From: a virus
Lineage: Duplodnaviria; Caudoviricetes
IMG/VR virus record: IMGVR_UViG_3300022752_000082
Coordinates: 1 to 57,128 of that record
DNA: 57,128 nt
Reading direction: 5' to 3' (one strand)
The translations under genes and the position numbers were made by a program. Under the pieces are notes generated by a model. That model saw only the letters and a list, made by a program, of their open reading frames with translations, was not told the origin of the DNA and searched no databases. Shown piece after piece: positions 1 through 8,836 of the stretch (positions within the stretch are counted from its first letter, which is position 1; each line of letters starts with the position of its first letter).

Positions 1-116
1 GTGGCGCGTGTGGCGGGTGGCGTGTGGCGGGTGGCGTGTGGCGTGTGGCGTGTGGCGTGTGGCGTGTGGCGTGTGGCGTGTGGCGTGTGGCGTGTGGCGT
101 GTGGCGTGTGGCGTGT
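1..116. repeat. Heptamer tandem repeat (GTGGCGT)n
   Basis: 12 perfect units at 31-114 plus degenerate units at 1-30; may be truncated by the window edge. Confidence 0.95.
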
Positions 117-197
117 AGTGGTTGCGTGCGGGAGCGGTCCGCGTGCGGGAGCGGTCCGCGTGCACGTCGCGGACGTGTTCGCGAGTGCGCGCACGCG

Positions 198-524
198 TTA
201 GTTCAAATTGACAACGACGCTTTCATCACCCGCAAAGATCGCTTCAAATGTCGCGGCGTCCATCACACCGGTGGGTTCGATGTCGATCGTCGCTTGGTAC
301 ATCGCGATTGCATTGCGCGTCGCGTCGCCGTACCATCCGTCTTTGTCCGCGACGACGCGCGTGTATCCAAGTTCGATGAGGCGGCGTTGAACATGGTGAA
401 CCGTAAGCGACTTTCGTGTCACGGTGCTTTTATACACGCACCTCGACAAGAACACATCGTCTTTCGCCTTACCACTTACCGCATTACGCGCCGCGTTCAC
501 TTTTGGTCGTCGAATCACCGCCAT
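198..524 (-). CDS. Peptidoglycan-binding domain protein (PG_binding_1-like)
   Basis: VQRRLIELGY...DGWYGDATRNAIAMYQ...TGVMDAAT matches the PGBD three-helix pattern; directly downstream of the terminase. Confidence 0.75.
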   Translation of the reverse strand: MAVIRRPKVNAARNAVSGKAKDDVFLSRCVYKSTVTRKSLTVHHVQRRLIELGYTRVVADKDGWYGDATRNAIAMYQATIDIEPTGVMDAATFEAIFAGDESVVVNLN

Positions 525-527
525 GTG

Positions 528-1955
528 TCAACGCTGTCCTCTCGGCATGAACACGCGACCGCCGCGACCACCTCCGTTGCCACCGCGAAACGCGGGCAAC
601 CTTCGCGCCGCAACCGACTTCGCTGTCAGCGAACCTCCAACAAATCCTTCCGGCGGTTTGATAAGTAGCGCGGTGAGTGCGTGAACGAGCGCGTCGACTC
701 TGTCAGGCGACTTCCCCTCGCCTGGAATCCACGCGCACATTTGCGATTCGAGGTCCGCAAGGTAGTTGATGTGGTGAACGCGTGACTGTTCGTACGCAAG
801 GACGACCGGCTCAGCGCGAAGCGCCTTACCGTGCTTCGAGTGAACCTCAAGTACCTTCACGCGTGGGTCGATCGTTTGGATCGCGTTGCGAACGAGCGCG
901 CCACCTTGGTTCACTTCAGCGACGACCGGACATCCCCACTTGCGCGCCATCGCAACGACTGTGTTTGCCCACACCTCCGGCGAGCCGTGGATCGTCGCGT
1001 CTTCAAGCACCCACGCCTGTCGCTTGTACAAATCGCGCTCGCCTGTCGACGCGCACACGACGATACCGCACTCGTCTCTCGGGTTCTCCGCGACTGACGG
1101 GTCAACTCCGACGATGCGCAGCGGTGCGCCGAGTGGCGCGACGGTCTGCCGGCCGCGATCGATCAAATCCATCACCCACAGCGCGCCTTCGACATCGCTC
1201 AACATCTCGCCGTACAACTCTTGCGCCGCGAGTCGCGTACCCGCATAGACGCCGGTGATCGCTTCGAGGTACGTGTCAGAAAGGTTGCCCGCGTTGTCGA
1301 GAGTCGACCCGCGTGAGATGACGACGCGCCCGGTGCGTTGTGATTCGTTGATGAGGTTGTAGAGGACGGGTACGCGTTTCGGAGTAGTGGTCGCAATGAT
1401 CTGAGGTGCTGTCCCAAGGCGCGTGCCGACGCGGAGGTTGTCCCATGACGTCATACCCGCAGCGTCAGGCGACTGTCGCCACGCGGCGATCTCGTCAGCC
1501 CACGCATAATGAAACTGCGGACCGCGAAGACCGTCAGGTTCGTCGGCGGTGAAGCAGGTCGCCGTGTTGCCGTTCGGCCAAGTGAGTCGTCGTTTCGACG
1601 GCTCGTAAAGTGGTCGCTCGCTCGGCGGCGTGACGTTTATGATTCCCGACTCGCCTTCAACGATGACGTCACGGACGTCCGCGGCGGTTCGCGCGACCAG
1701 CGCAAAACGCAGCTGACCTTTCGATGTATCTTTCGCTTTTTCACGAATCCACTCCGCAGCGCTTCGCGTCTTGCCGGCGCCGCGGCCAGCGAGATAGAGC
1801 CAGATCGCCCAGTCGTCACCGCCGGGAGGCAATTGCTCTGGGCGCGCCCACGAGCGCCAATCCCACATCAGCACCTCGGAATCGATACCGCGCATCACAG
1901 CGTCGCGCTCTTCGGCGGGCAGCATCGCGATCTGCTCCATCAAACTCTTGCCCAT
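528..1955 (-). CDS. terL: Terminase large subunit
   Basis: Walker A AGRGAGKT, Walker B AWADE, LRGPQ and TTTP motifs, C-terminal RNase H-like nuclease VGVDP...SPDRVDA; 475 aa. Confidence 0.93.
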   Translation of the reverse strand: MGKSLMEQIAMLPAEERDAVMRGIDSEVLMWDWRSWARPEQLPPGGDDWAIWLYLAGRGAGKTRSAAEWIREKAKDTSKGQLRFALVARTAADVRDVIVEGESGIINVTPPSERPLYEPSKRRLTWPNGNTATCFTADEPDGLRGPQFHYAWADEIAAWRQSPDAAGMTSWDNLRVGTRLGTAPQIIATTTPKRVPVLYNLINESQRTGRVVISRGSTLDNAGNLSDTYLEAITGVYAGTRLAAQELYGEMLSDVEGALWVMDLIDRGRQTVAPLGAPLRIVGVDPSVAENPRDECGIVVCASTGERDLYKRQAWVLEDATIHGSPEVWANTVVAMARKWGCPVVAEVNQGGALVRNAIQTIDPRVKVLEVHSKHGKALRAEPVVLAYEQSRVHHINYLADLESQMCAWIPGEGKSPDRVDALVHALTALLIKPPEGFVGGSLTAKSVAARRLPAFRGGNGGGRGGRVFMPRGQR

Positions 1956-1965
1956 TGTGATTATT

Positions 1966-2778
1966 CTACCCGCGACGCGGCTTGCGCTTCGCTTTCTTCA
2001 CCGCGACCCACGCGTTGTTGCGCGAGTGGTCGGGAAGGAGCGGAGCGGTGAAGCAGGCCATCACCTCGGCGCCGTAGAACTCTCGAGCGCGCTCAAACGC
2101 CCGCAACAGCACTCGAGCGTCGTCAGGCGACATCGTTTCTTTGATTCCTCGCTTCACGTCGGGCCACGACGCAAACGTGCCGAAGCGATCGACGACCTCG
2201 AACCCGCACGATGAAAGTTTGTCGTGAAGTTCGGCGACCGTGTACTCGCGGACGTGGTTCTTCGCCGCTGAGCCGTTGAAGACCGGAGTCGAGATGATGA
2301 GTCGGCCTTTCGGACCAAGCAGCGCGTGAGTCGCGGACAGGTACGCGTCGCCGAGCGGCTCGGTCATGTGTTCGATGACCTCGAACGAGACCGCGAGGTC
2401 GAACGAAGCTCCCCACCGCTTTTTGATCTCACGCCAGCGCTCAACGAAGTTGAAGTCTTCCAAGAGGACCATCGTTCGAGCGAGCTCGCCTTCGGTCTTC
2501 TTTGTCTTCAGCGCGGAGATCTTGTTGAGGTCAGCGCCGACATACAACTTCGGCCGCATGTTCGATCCGCGTGACCGCTTGAGCGCGTGGTACAGCGGCG
2601 AGTCGGCGCCGCAGCCCGGTTCAACGACCTTCACGGTGTCGTTGATGAATGTCGTCGCCCAACCCCACCGCAGTACGTGCGCGAGGTAGTCGCGGTGCAC
2701 GGTGAATCGGTACGCCGTGTGGCGACACGATGTCGTGTCATATTCGGCTGTCGGATCGTGGCGGCGTTCAATTCGCAT
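1966..2778 (-). CDS. Class I SAM-dependent methyltransferase
   Basis: VVEPGCG motif I, YVGAD, FDLAVSFEVIEH, LIISTP, HVREY. Confidence 0.85.
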   Translation of the reverse strand: MRIERRHDPTAEYDTTSCRHTAYRFTVHRDYLAHVLRWGWATTFINDTVKVVEPGCGADSPLYHALKRSRGSNMRPKLYVGADLNKISALKTKKTEGELARTMVLLEDFNFVERWREIKKRWGASFDLAVSFEVIEHMTEPLGDAYLSATHALLGPKGRLIISTPVFNGSAAKNHVREYTVAELHDKLSSCGFEVVDRFGTFASWPDVKRGIKETMSPDDARVLLRAFERAREFYGAEVMACFTAPLLPDHSRNNAWVAVKKAKRKPRRG

Positions 2779-2820
2779 GAGTAGACGCTACGCGACCGCG
2801 TGCGCCGGCGGCGAACTTTG

Positions 2821-2844
2821 CCCCGGGCACTCGCGTACCCGGGG
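2821..2844 (-). terminator. GC-rich stem-loop closing the cassette array
   Basis: CCCCGGGTAC-GCGA-GTGCCCGGGG (GNRA loop) just after the stop of 2859..3422; no U-tract. Confidence 0.5.
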
Positions 2845-2858
2845 CGTGTCGCTCGGAC

Positions 2859-3422
2859 CTAGAACCCGAACTTTTTCCGGCACTCAGGCCCGAGTTGAAG
2901 TTCGCGCGAGCGCTCGTCGGTCAACTCCGCGCCGCATGAACCGCAGCACGCGTAGTGCTCGCCGAATGCGCGAGCGTACTTGTACGGGTCCGCCGCGATG
3001 ATGCTGACGAGGTCCTTGACCTGTTGCACGGTGAACTTGGAGCGCGTGAAGCCGCCGGGCGCGCCGTGCAGTTGGCGCATGTACAGGGTGCCGCGGTACT
3101 CGCGGACCTCGAGGAAGACGAGGTCGTTGTTCGTCGTCACCGAGGTGCCGGTGAGGTCCGTGACGCTCACCGCGTACCGGGACTTGGGAATCGACGCGAG
3201 CACCTCGCGAAGGCCGCTGCCGCCGCCGGTCTTCACCGCGGAGTTGCGCGGAAGCGCGAGCAGCGTGGTGATGACGCCGCTGGCCGCCTTGCTGCTGAGC
3301 GTGTCGTGGGCGAGCGCCTGCTCGGTCGCGGCGCGGTACGCCGGGTCGACGGCGCGCTCCGCGAGCAGGCTCGCGATGAACCCGCGCTGCTTATCGCTCG
3401 CGGGGAAGGTGGTGGTTGTCAT
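2859..3422 (-). CDS. Phage protein with C-terminal Zn-finger (DUF6011-like)
   Basis: CGSCGAELTDERSRELQLGPEC; preceded by motif copy 3461 and CCGAAAGGAC RBS. Confidence 0.7.
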   Translation of the reverse strand: MTTTTFPASDKQRGFIASLLAERAVDPAYRAATEQALAHDTLSSKAASGVITTLLALPRNSAVKTGGGSGLREVLASIPKSRYAVSVTDLTGTSVTTNNDLVFLEVREYRGTLYMRQLHGAPGGFTRSKFTVQQVKDLVSIIAADPYKYARAFGEHYACCGSCGAELTDERSRELQLGPECRKKFGF

Positions 3423-3536
3423 TGGGGTCCTTTCGGTGGTTGGTGCGGCGGGTGCCGCTGGAGTCTATTATAACAGGTTGTAGAAAGCACCGCGTGATCG
3501 GCGCGATCGGCGAGCCGCGATCGGCGAGCCGCGTGC

Positions 3537-3558
3537 GCCCGGGGCTTTCGCCCCGGGC
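3537..3558 (-). terminator. GC stem-loop after 3568..3924
   Basis: GCCCGGGGC-GAAA-GCCCCGGGC, perfect 9-bp stem with GNRA loop. Confidence 0.55.
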
Positions 3559-3567
3559 CGCGTCGCG

Positions 3568-3924
3568 TCAGCGCTTGTAGAGGTAGCCCGTGTAGGGATC
3601 CCACTTCGACTTGAGGTCGGCGAGTGAGCCCGCGTCGAGGATGTTGTAGCGCGCGCCGTTGAGGGCGGGTCGCTTCCATCCCGCTGACTTGTAGACGTCG
3701 CCGGTCTCCGCGTCGACGAAGCAGTGAACGCTCGCGCCGCCGCGTGCGCCTGACGGCGACACGGCGATTCGAATGTACTTACGTCCGCCATCGACGAAGA
3801 AGACCTCGGGCTTCAACATCGGGTAGTTCGCCGCGTGGTGCGCGACGTTGGCCTCGTTCATGAAGTCGACGAGTGCGTCGACCGCGACGAGGACCTCTCC
3901 CTTGCGGGTGGTCGTGGTAGTCAT
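3568..3924 (-). CDS. Conserved phage hypothetical protein
   Basis: GRKYIRI...SVHCFVD..TGDVYK.AGWKRPA..ARYNI pattern recognised from other phage early proteins; RBS and motif upstream. Confidence 0.75.
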   Translation of the reverse strand: MTTTTTRKGEVLVAVDALVDFMNEANVAHHAANYPMLKPEVFFVDGGRKYIRIAVSPSGARGGASVHCFVDAETGDVYKSAGWKRPALNGARYNILDAGSLADLKSKWDPYTGYLYKR

Positions 3925-4091
3925 GGTGTCCTTTCGGTTGAGTCGGCACCCTGCGTGCCAACGAGTCTATTATACGACTTATAGAAGCCTCCCGATCCGC
4001 CGATCGCCGATCGGGCCGCGTCGTTTCTAAAAGTGTTATATTGGTCTCCAGCGGCGCACAAGGCGCCGCGACAACCGAAGGGACGAATGAC

Positions 4092-4343
4092 ATGGAGAAA
4101 AGAATCATCATGGCGCGCACGAGCGACATCGGTCCGATGGGCCGAGGCCAGGCGGGCAAGCAGAAGGTGTACGAGATTCTCGTCACCGGCAACACGGTCA
4201 CTTTCTCGTGGGGCATGGCGGAGAAGGTTCAGCGCCAAACGAAGCGCATCACCTGCCGCAGCCACCAAGAGGCCCTGGCCGAAGCGAACGCGAAGGTCGC
4301 CGCAAAGGCCGACCGCGGATACCGCGTCCTGCTCAACGCCTAA
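4092..4343 (+). CDS. WGR-domain-like protein, copy 1 (inverted cassette)
   Basis: KVYEILV...VTFSWG...A.A..K..RGY resembles WGR; paralog of 10856..11107; driven by inverted motif 4024 and GAAGGGAC RBS. Confidence 0.75.
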   Translation: MEKRIIMARTSDIGPMGRGQAGKQKVYEILVTGNTVTFSWGMAEKVQRQTKRITCRSHQEALAEANAKVAAKADRGYRVLLNA

Positions 4344-4357
4344 TCGAACATCGCGGG

Positions 4358-4379
4358 GGCCGGGGCAGCAGCCCCGGCC
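4358..4379 (+). terminator. GC stem-loop between convergent genes
   Basis: GGCCGGGGC-AGCA-GCCCCGGCC. Confidence 0.55.
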
Positions 4380-4654
4380 TACCTGCGCTCGGGCAACGTG
4401 AACCCACAACTGCACGTGTAGCGACCGGCGTCATTGCGTCGAATCTCGCTACCGCAGCGCCAACACGAGGCTGTTCGAAAGAGCACTCCGCGACCCGGAC
4501 GCCCGGGGACTCGCGGTCGGTGCGCATCGTGCTCAGTCGTGTAATGAGTCATGTGCTCTATCGGAGTCGCGAACAGCGCCCCGCACACCATGCAATCATA
4601 CTTCAACTTACTTTTTGCCGGAGCGCGCTTGCGCTTCGGCTTTTTCCGTGTCAC
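4379..4654 (-). CDS. Small Zn-finger protein
   Basis: CMVC...HMTH...H and CWRC...CSC; GTG start overlaps the TGA of the upstream gene (GTGA). Confidence 0.6.
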   Translation of the reverse strand: MTRKKPKRKRAPAKSKLKYDCMVCGALFATPIEHMTHYTTEHDAHRPRVPGRPGRGVLFRTASCWRCGSEIRRNDAGRYTCSCGFTLPERR

Positions 4655-5202
4655 AGCGCCCAATGGCCGAGTCCGCCGTTGTCGAGGAGGTATCGTGCGA
4701 CCTTGAGGTTGCAGTCGAGGTCGACGAGCGCGAACATCTGCCCCCAAGGCGTCCCGCACACCTCGTGCGTCACGGTCTTCCATGTCGAATTGATCTGGAG
4801 CAGTCCGACGTCGTAAGAACCGTCACGGTTCAGTGTCTTGGTCGGCTTTCCGTCAGGTCCGAACTCTGCGTTGACCTTCGTCGGGTCGCAACGTGTCTCA
4901 CGCCACGCAATGAACGAAAAAGTGCCGATGGGTTCTAGCCCGTATGCCTCGAACAGCGCCTCGAACTCGGGACAGCGCCTCGAGCGCTCAACTTCAGCCG
5001 GAGACCGTTCAGTGACCGCGGTAGTCGCTGCCGTGGCGACTACCGGCGGCGCGGTTGTCGCTACCTCGACCGCGACTGCTGTAGTCGTCACAAGTCGAAT
5101 CTCTGCCGGCTCCACGCCGCTTGGCGTGAACGGCGCGACGACTCCAGCAACCGCTGTTATCGCCAGGCAGAGCGCGCGAGCGACCGGCATGGGCAACATC
5201 AC
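4651..5202 (-). CDS. Secreted lytic transglycosylase (SLT/lysozyme-like)
   Basis: Signal peptide, Thr/Ala linker, catalytic WRET, DVGLLQINS, CNLKVARYL...GGLGHW; exact start uncertain. Confidence 0.75.
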   Translation of the reverse strand: MMLPMPVARALCLAITAVAGVVAPFTPSGVEPAEIRLVTTTAVAVEVATTAPPVVATAATTAVTERSPAEVERSRRCPEFEALFEAYGLEPIGTFSFIAWRETRCDPTKVNAEFGPDGKPTKTLNRDGSYDVGLLQINSTWKTVTHEVCGTPWGQMFALVDLDCNLKVARYLLDNGGLGHWAL

Positions 5203-5546
5203 TTTGCTCCCATCGACCGCGCGTCCGCGTCCTCGACCTCGTGCATCGTGTGCCAGACGTGCGACGCGGCGTAATAGTACTCATTGCCGCGCGTGACCTC
5301 GAGTCGGCTTTTGTAGTTCGAGTAATCGAGCATCTCGGCCTCGGTCGCGAGGAAGTTCGTGAACTGTTCTCGCGTTGCGATGACCCTGTAGGGATAGTCG
5401 TTGTCCGGAGTCCGCAAGACCTCGAGGTCATAGAGTTCTGAAATGAACTCGAGAGCTTTCTTGTCGCGCGCTCGGACGAGTATCTTGTCGTTGTCCTCGC
5501 TGCTTTGTACCGCGCTGATGAAACCGCGTTGAGTAAATAGCCACAT
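5199..5546 (-). CDS. Conserved hypothetical protein
   Basis: MWLFT..GF.S.V...LVRAR...DYPYR...DYSNYK; AAGGAGAC RBS. Confidence 0.75.
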   Translation of the reverse strand: MWLFTQRGFISAVQSSEDNDKILVRARDKKALEFISELYDLEVLRTPDNDYPYRVIATREQFTNFLATEAEMLDYSNYKSRLEVTRGNEYYYAASHVWHTMHEVEDADARSMGAK

Positions 5547-5611
5547 TGTGTTGTCTCCTTGTTTGTCGTTTTGTCGTTTTGATTGCGCACGGCGTGATGT
5601 GCACCGCGTGA

Positions 5612-5803
5612 TTACTGTTCGGTCTCTGCTGGAAACGAGACGCCGGCGGGGAGGTCGGCCATCGACATCGGCGTGACGTCGACCTGACCGTACTCCTCGC
5701 GCATCGCTTTGACGGCATGGTGCTTGAGTCGTGGCAGCACGTAGGCAACGATCGGTTCGCGACCTGGCCTTGGGACCGTGAGCTTGTAGACTTCTGCTTC
5801 CAT
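5612..5803 (-). CDS. Hypothetical protein
   Basis: GGAGGAAAC RBS before ATG. Confidence 0.65.
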   Translation of the reverse strand: MEAEVYKLTVPRPGREPIVAYVLPRLKHHAVKAMREEYGQVDVTPMSMADLPAGVSFPAETEQ

Positions 5804-5823
5804 GTTTCCTCCGCTATTCTACG

Positions 5824-5967
5824 TTAGTTCTGAAGGTTGAGTAGCGCGGCGATGACGCCGCCCAGCCCGATCGCGAGAACCAACTCCTGCGGACCGCCGG
5901 CCGCTGCGGCGATGACTGCGACTAAACCGCAGCACGCCGCCGCGACGGCGGACCACACGATGCGCAC
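5824..5967 (-). CDS. Small two-TM membrane protein (not in ORF track)
   Basis: GTG overlaps upstream TAG; MRIVWSAVAAACCGLVAVIAAAAGGPQELVLAIGLGGVIAALLNLQN. Confidence 0.5.
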   Translation of the reverse strand: MRIVWSAVAAACCGLVAVIAAAAGGPQELVLAIGLGGVIAALLNLQN

Positions 5968-6194
5968 TACTCGCTCGCCTTTGTGCGCGTGCGTCCCTTG
6001 AGGCGCGCCGACGGGTTTCGGATCTCGACTCCGGCAGTTGCGAGCAACTTGCGGACCTTGCTGTAGGTCGTCCCGTACTGACGTGCGACCTCGATCACCG
6101 TCTTGCCTTCGTTGTAAAGCTGGCCCGCAACTTGCGGCGTCAGCTCGGGTGATTGCGGCGTCGATAGCGACGACGCGTCGTTGAATGTTGACAT
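5967..6194 (-). CDS. Helix-turn-helix protein
   Basis: LYNEGKTVIEVARQYGTTYSKVRKLLATAGVEIR; CAGGAG RBS; alternative in-frame leaderless start at 6323. Confidence 0.7.
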   Translation of the reverse strand: MSTFNDASSLSTPQSPELTPQVAGQLYNEGKTVIEVARQYGTTYSKVRKLLATAGVEIRNPSARLKGRTRTKASE

Positions 6195-6343
6195 TTGTTT
6201 CTCCTGTGTCTGTGCTGTAGTTTGTACTTGCTCGCCCTGTTGCGTCGACATCGTCGACAGAGTTTCACGCGCCCGGGCGAATAACCCGCGTGACTCTTCG
6301 AGCAGGTTGGTGCTCGAGTCCATGTAGTCTATTATAACCACCA

Positions 6344-6676
6344 CTACTGCATTTCCGAGGAAGATCGAACTACCCCGAGTAGTGGTGCTGGGTCGGTGAT
6401 TGAGTGCTCTTCGACGACAGACAGGCTGTACCTACGCGCCGCGATGTAGCCGCAGAACCCGAGCACCAGCGGAAGCACGAGCAGCGGCGCGGGCCAAGAC
6501 GTCAGCCACAGCTCCATGGCGACCGTACTCCAGACTCCGACCGTGAGGCCGACACCCGACAGCAGCGTCGCCCTGCGCGCCTTGCGCCGGGCCGCGTTGC
6601 GCTCGACGTAGAGGACCGCGTTGAAGATCTGAGCCTGGCGCTCGATGTCATCGAACACGCTCATGTCTCTCGTCAT
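6344..6676 (-). CDS. Two-TM membrane protein
   Basis: Two hydrophobic segments; overlaps the upstream stop (ATGA). Confidence 0.6.
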   Translation of the reverse strand: MTRDMSVFDDIERQAQIFNAVLYVERNAARRKARRATLLSGVGLTVGVWSTVAMELWLTSWPAPLLVLPLVLGFCGYIAARRYSLSVVEEHSITDPAPLLGVVRSSSEMQ

Positions 6677-6912
6677 GGCAACCTGACCTCCTGTGTCGGT
6701 CGGATGTCTGCTCCGTACCTGTCAACGAGCGCTTCGACTGCAGCCCGCACGTCGCCGGTGCAGTGTTGTTCGGCGATGCGCGAGAGCGTGTCGCCTTCCT
6801 GCACGATGACTACCGTACCATCGCACGAGTAGTCCGGCGTGAAGACCTCGACCGCGAGAAGTCCTCCCACGGCCAAGGCTCCGACGAGTGCCAGCGCCTT
6901 TGCGCGCCGCAT
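6673..6912 (-). CDS. Membrane-anchored/secreted LysM protein
   Basis: N-terminal hydrophobic helix; VIVQEGDTLSRIA...IRPTQEVRL. Confidence 0.75.
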   Translation of the reverse strand: MRRAKALALVGALAVGGLLAVEVFTPDYSCDGTVVIVQEGDTLSRIAEQHCTGDVRAAVEALVDRYGADIRPTQEVRLP

Positions 6913-7109
6913 CAGCGGTCGAAGATCGAGGTCGGCTCGATCTTGTCCGCCTTGAGGTCCCGCAAGACCGCCTGGATGTCGACGCTTGCGTCGTCGAGTG
7001 CCGTCGCGAGCTCAACGAGCTCTGCGCGACGCTCGGTGATCTCGGCCTGCACCTTTGCGATGCGTGCTGTGATCTCTTCGACCGTGCGTGCTTTCTTCTT
7101 CATGTTCAT
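6912..7109 (-). CDS. Coiled-coil hypothetical protein
   Basis: AAAGGGACA RBS; motif 7151 upstream. Confidence 0.65.
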   Translation of the reverse strand: MNMKKKARTVEEITARIAKVQAEITERRAELVELATALDDASVDIQAVLRDLKADKIEPTSIFDR

Positions 7110-7185
7110 GTTGTCCCTTTGTCTCGGGGAGGCTTGCGCCTCCGGTTGATGATTCTATTATAGCACCTATAGAAGTTGCCGGCGC

Positions 7186-7350
7186 CTACTTGCGCGGCGC
7201 CTTCAGCAGCATGCCGATCAGGCCCGCGGTTGCCCCGGGGGAGAGGTCTCTGAACCCCCAGAGGGCCTCGTCGATCAGTCCGCGGTACCGTACCGGTACC
7301 CGGCGCTCGACCGCGAGTCGCTCGAGCAGCTCGCGCTGCTTCGGGCTCAC
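7186..7350 (-). CDS. Stand-alone paralog of the N-terminal domain of 2859..3422 (not in ORF track)
   Basis: MSPKQRELLERLAVERRVPVRYR...LSPGATAGLIGMLLKAPRK aligns with SDKQRGFIASLLAERAVDPAYR...LSSKAASGVITTLLALPR. Confidence 0.6.
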   Translation of the reverse strand: MSPKQRELLERLAVERRVPVRYRGLIDEALWGFRDLSPGATAGLIGMLLKAPRK

Positions 7351-7463
7351 CAGCGGCTCCGGCTCCGGCGCGGACGCTGTGCGCGCCGCGCGGTGCCCCG
7401 GGTGAACCGGTAGACCTTGCGTGCTTTGAGGATGCTGTAGATCATGAGTCTATTATACCACTT

Positions 7464-7676
7464 TTAGAACTCATCGGCGGCAAGTTCTTCGAGCCACTCG
7501 GCCAGGCACTTTTGCGCGAGCGCGTCGGTCTTGTGGCTGTGGCCGCAGCACGTCGTGGTGCCGTCATGCCAGATGATCCTCGCACCGTACCTCGCGAATG
7601 ACGAGTATCCGGCCTGGAGGTATGTGTCTGAGCCCGCGACCTGCTTCGCGGCCGGGGCTGTGGTGGTAGGTTCCAT
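7464..7676 (-). CDS. Hypothetical protein, leaderless
   Basis: ATG after a 6-nt spacer from TATAAT; CGHSH..C; stop TAA lies inside motif 7446. Confidence 0.7.
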   Translation of the reverse strand: MEPTTTAPAAKQVAGSDTYLQAGYSSFARYGARIIWHDGTTTCCGHSHKTDALAQKCLAEWLEELAADEF

Positions 7677-7711
7677 GAGTCTATTATAACACCTGTAGAA
7701 AGTACCGGTGC

Positions 7712-7733
7712 GCCCGGGGCTTGCGCCCCGGGC
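7712..7733 (-). terminator. GC stem-loop
   Basis: GCCCGGGGC-GCAA-GCCCCGGGC; same stem as 3537-3558. Confidence 0.55.
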
Positions 7734-7745
7734 CCGCGTGTCCGG

Positions 7746-8183
7746 TCAGATGAAGTCGCTCGTCCGGAGCCCGGTGTCGTTGCCCTGGCTGTCGTAGGCG
7801 AACGGGTCGAGGCCGACGCGGTCCCCGTAGCCCGAGTAGTAGAGGGCTTCCGCGTCGCGGTCGCGATCGGACTGCCGGGTGCCCTCTCGGGCCTCGTCGG
7901 CTGCCCACTCGGCCGCGGCTTCCGCGCACCACTCGATGCGCTCGGCCTCGGTCATCTCGAACACCGACATCTGCTTGTCGCCGACGTAGAACCGGTAGTT
8001 CACGTAGGTCGCCGTGAAGCCCTTGTGCAGGGACTGCCAGGCGTCCTCGCCGACTCCGGCTGGTGCCGGCGGAACCTCGAGCGGCGCGTGCCACACGGTC
8101 TCGCCGGTCGCCGCACGGGTGTGCGGAAGCATGCCGTCTTCGGTCAACTCGAGGTTCATCGAGTCGAGGTAGGTGGATGTCAT
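7746..8183 (-). CDS. Hypothetical acidic protein
   Basis: CCGAAAGGACA RBS; motif 8222. Confidence 0.75.
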   Translation of the reverse strand: MTSTYLDSMNLELTEDGMLPHTRAATGETVWHAPLEVPPAPAGVGEDAWQSLHKGFTATYVNYRFYVGDKQMSVFEMTEAERIEWCAEAAAEWAADEAREGTRQSDRDRDAEALYYSGYGDRVGLDPFAYDSQGNDTGLRTSDFI

Positions 8184-8256
8184 TGCGTATGTCCTTTCGG
8201 TTAGTGCCGGCGGTTGCCGACAAGTCTATTATAACACTTGTAGAAGTGGTCTCGTC

Positions 8257-8430
8257 TCAGACGAGTCCGAACCTCCGGCGCAGTTCGGCGGCCGTCACCT
8301 TGTCAAGGGTCGCCGCGACACCGGCGACGACCTCACGGACGATGTCGTCACCGGACACATCCGGATAGTCGTCCACCGCGTCGTCGATTGCGTCATTCAC
8401 TTCTTGGATGGCTTCGTCAAGTTTGGTCAT
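8257..8430 (-). CDS. Hypothetical protein, leaderless (not in ORF track)
   Basis: MTKLDEAIQEVNDAIDDAVDDYPD...; ATG after a 6-nt spacer from TATAAT of motif 8431. Confidence 0.65.
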   Translation of the reverse strand: MTKLDEAIQEVNDAIDDAVDDYPDVSGDDIVREVVAGVAATLDKVTAAELRRRFGLV

Positions 8431-8448
8431 GAGTCTATTATACCACTT

Positions 8449-8829
8449 TTAGAAGTCACCGCGGTTATCATCGAACTCCTCGACTGTGACCGCGAACTTG
8501 AACGTCGACAGCGCGAGCGCGGACTCGGCCGCGTCACGGTCGCGATACACATGCCAATAGTCTGGGTTAGATGAGAACCTTTCGCCTCCGTAGGCCCACG
8601 GACCGCACCACGCCTTCTGGTCGCGTCTTCGGACCAAGACGTAGCGCAGCGCAGACTCTTCTTCACGCTCTTTGGTGGCAACAGGCACTGTCCCCAGCGG
8701 GGTGCCATCAATCTTTGTCCCGCGGCCTGCCGGCGCCGGGAACGCCAATGTAAGCAGCCCTGGCGGAGACCACAGCCGCATGTCGGCCGCCTTCAGCGGC
8801 GGAAGGTATCGTTTCTTGTCTCTTCGCAT
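8449..8829 (-). CDS. Hypothetical protein, leaderless
   Basis: Starts right after motif 8830; ends TTC TAA in motif 8431. Confidence 0.6.
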   Translation of the reverse strand: MRRDKKRYLPPLKAADMRLWSPPGLLTLAFPAPAGRGTKIDGTPLGTVPVATKEREEESALRYVLVRRRDQKAWCGPWAYGGERFSSNPDYWHVYRDRDAAESALALSTFKFAVTVEEFDDNRGDF

Positions 8830-8836
8830 GAGTCTA

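Noticed and set aside
1-668. ORFs with VACGVWR repeats
   Set aside because: Translation of the heptamer microsatellite; overlaps a better minus-strand gene
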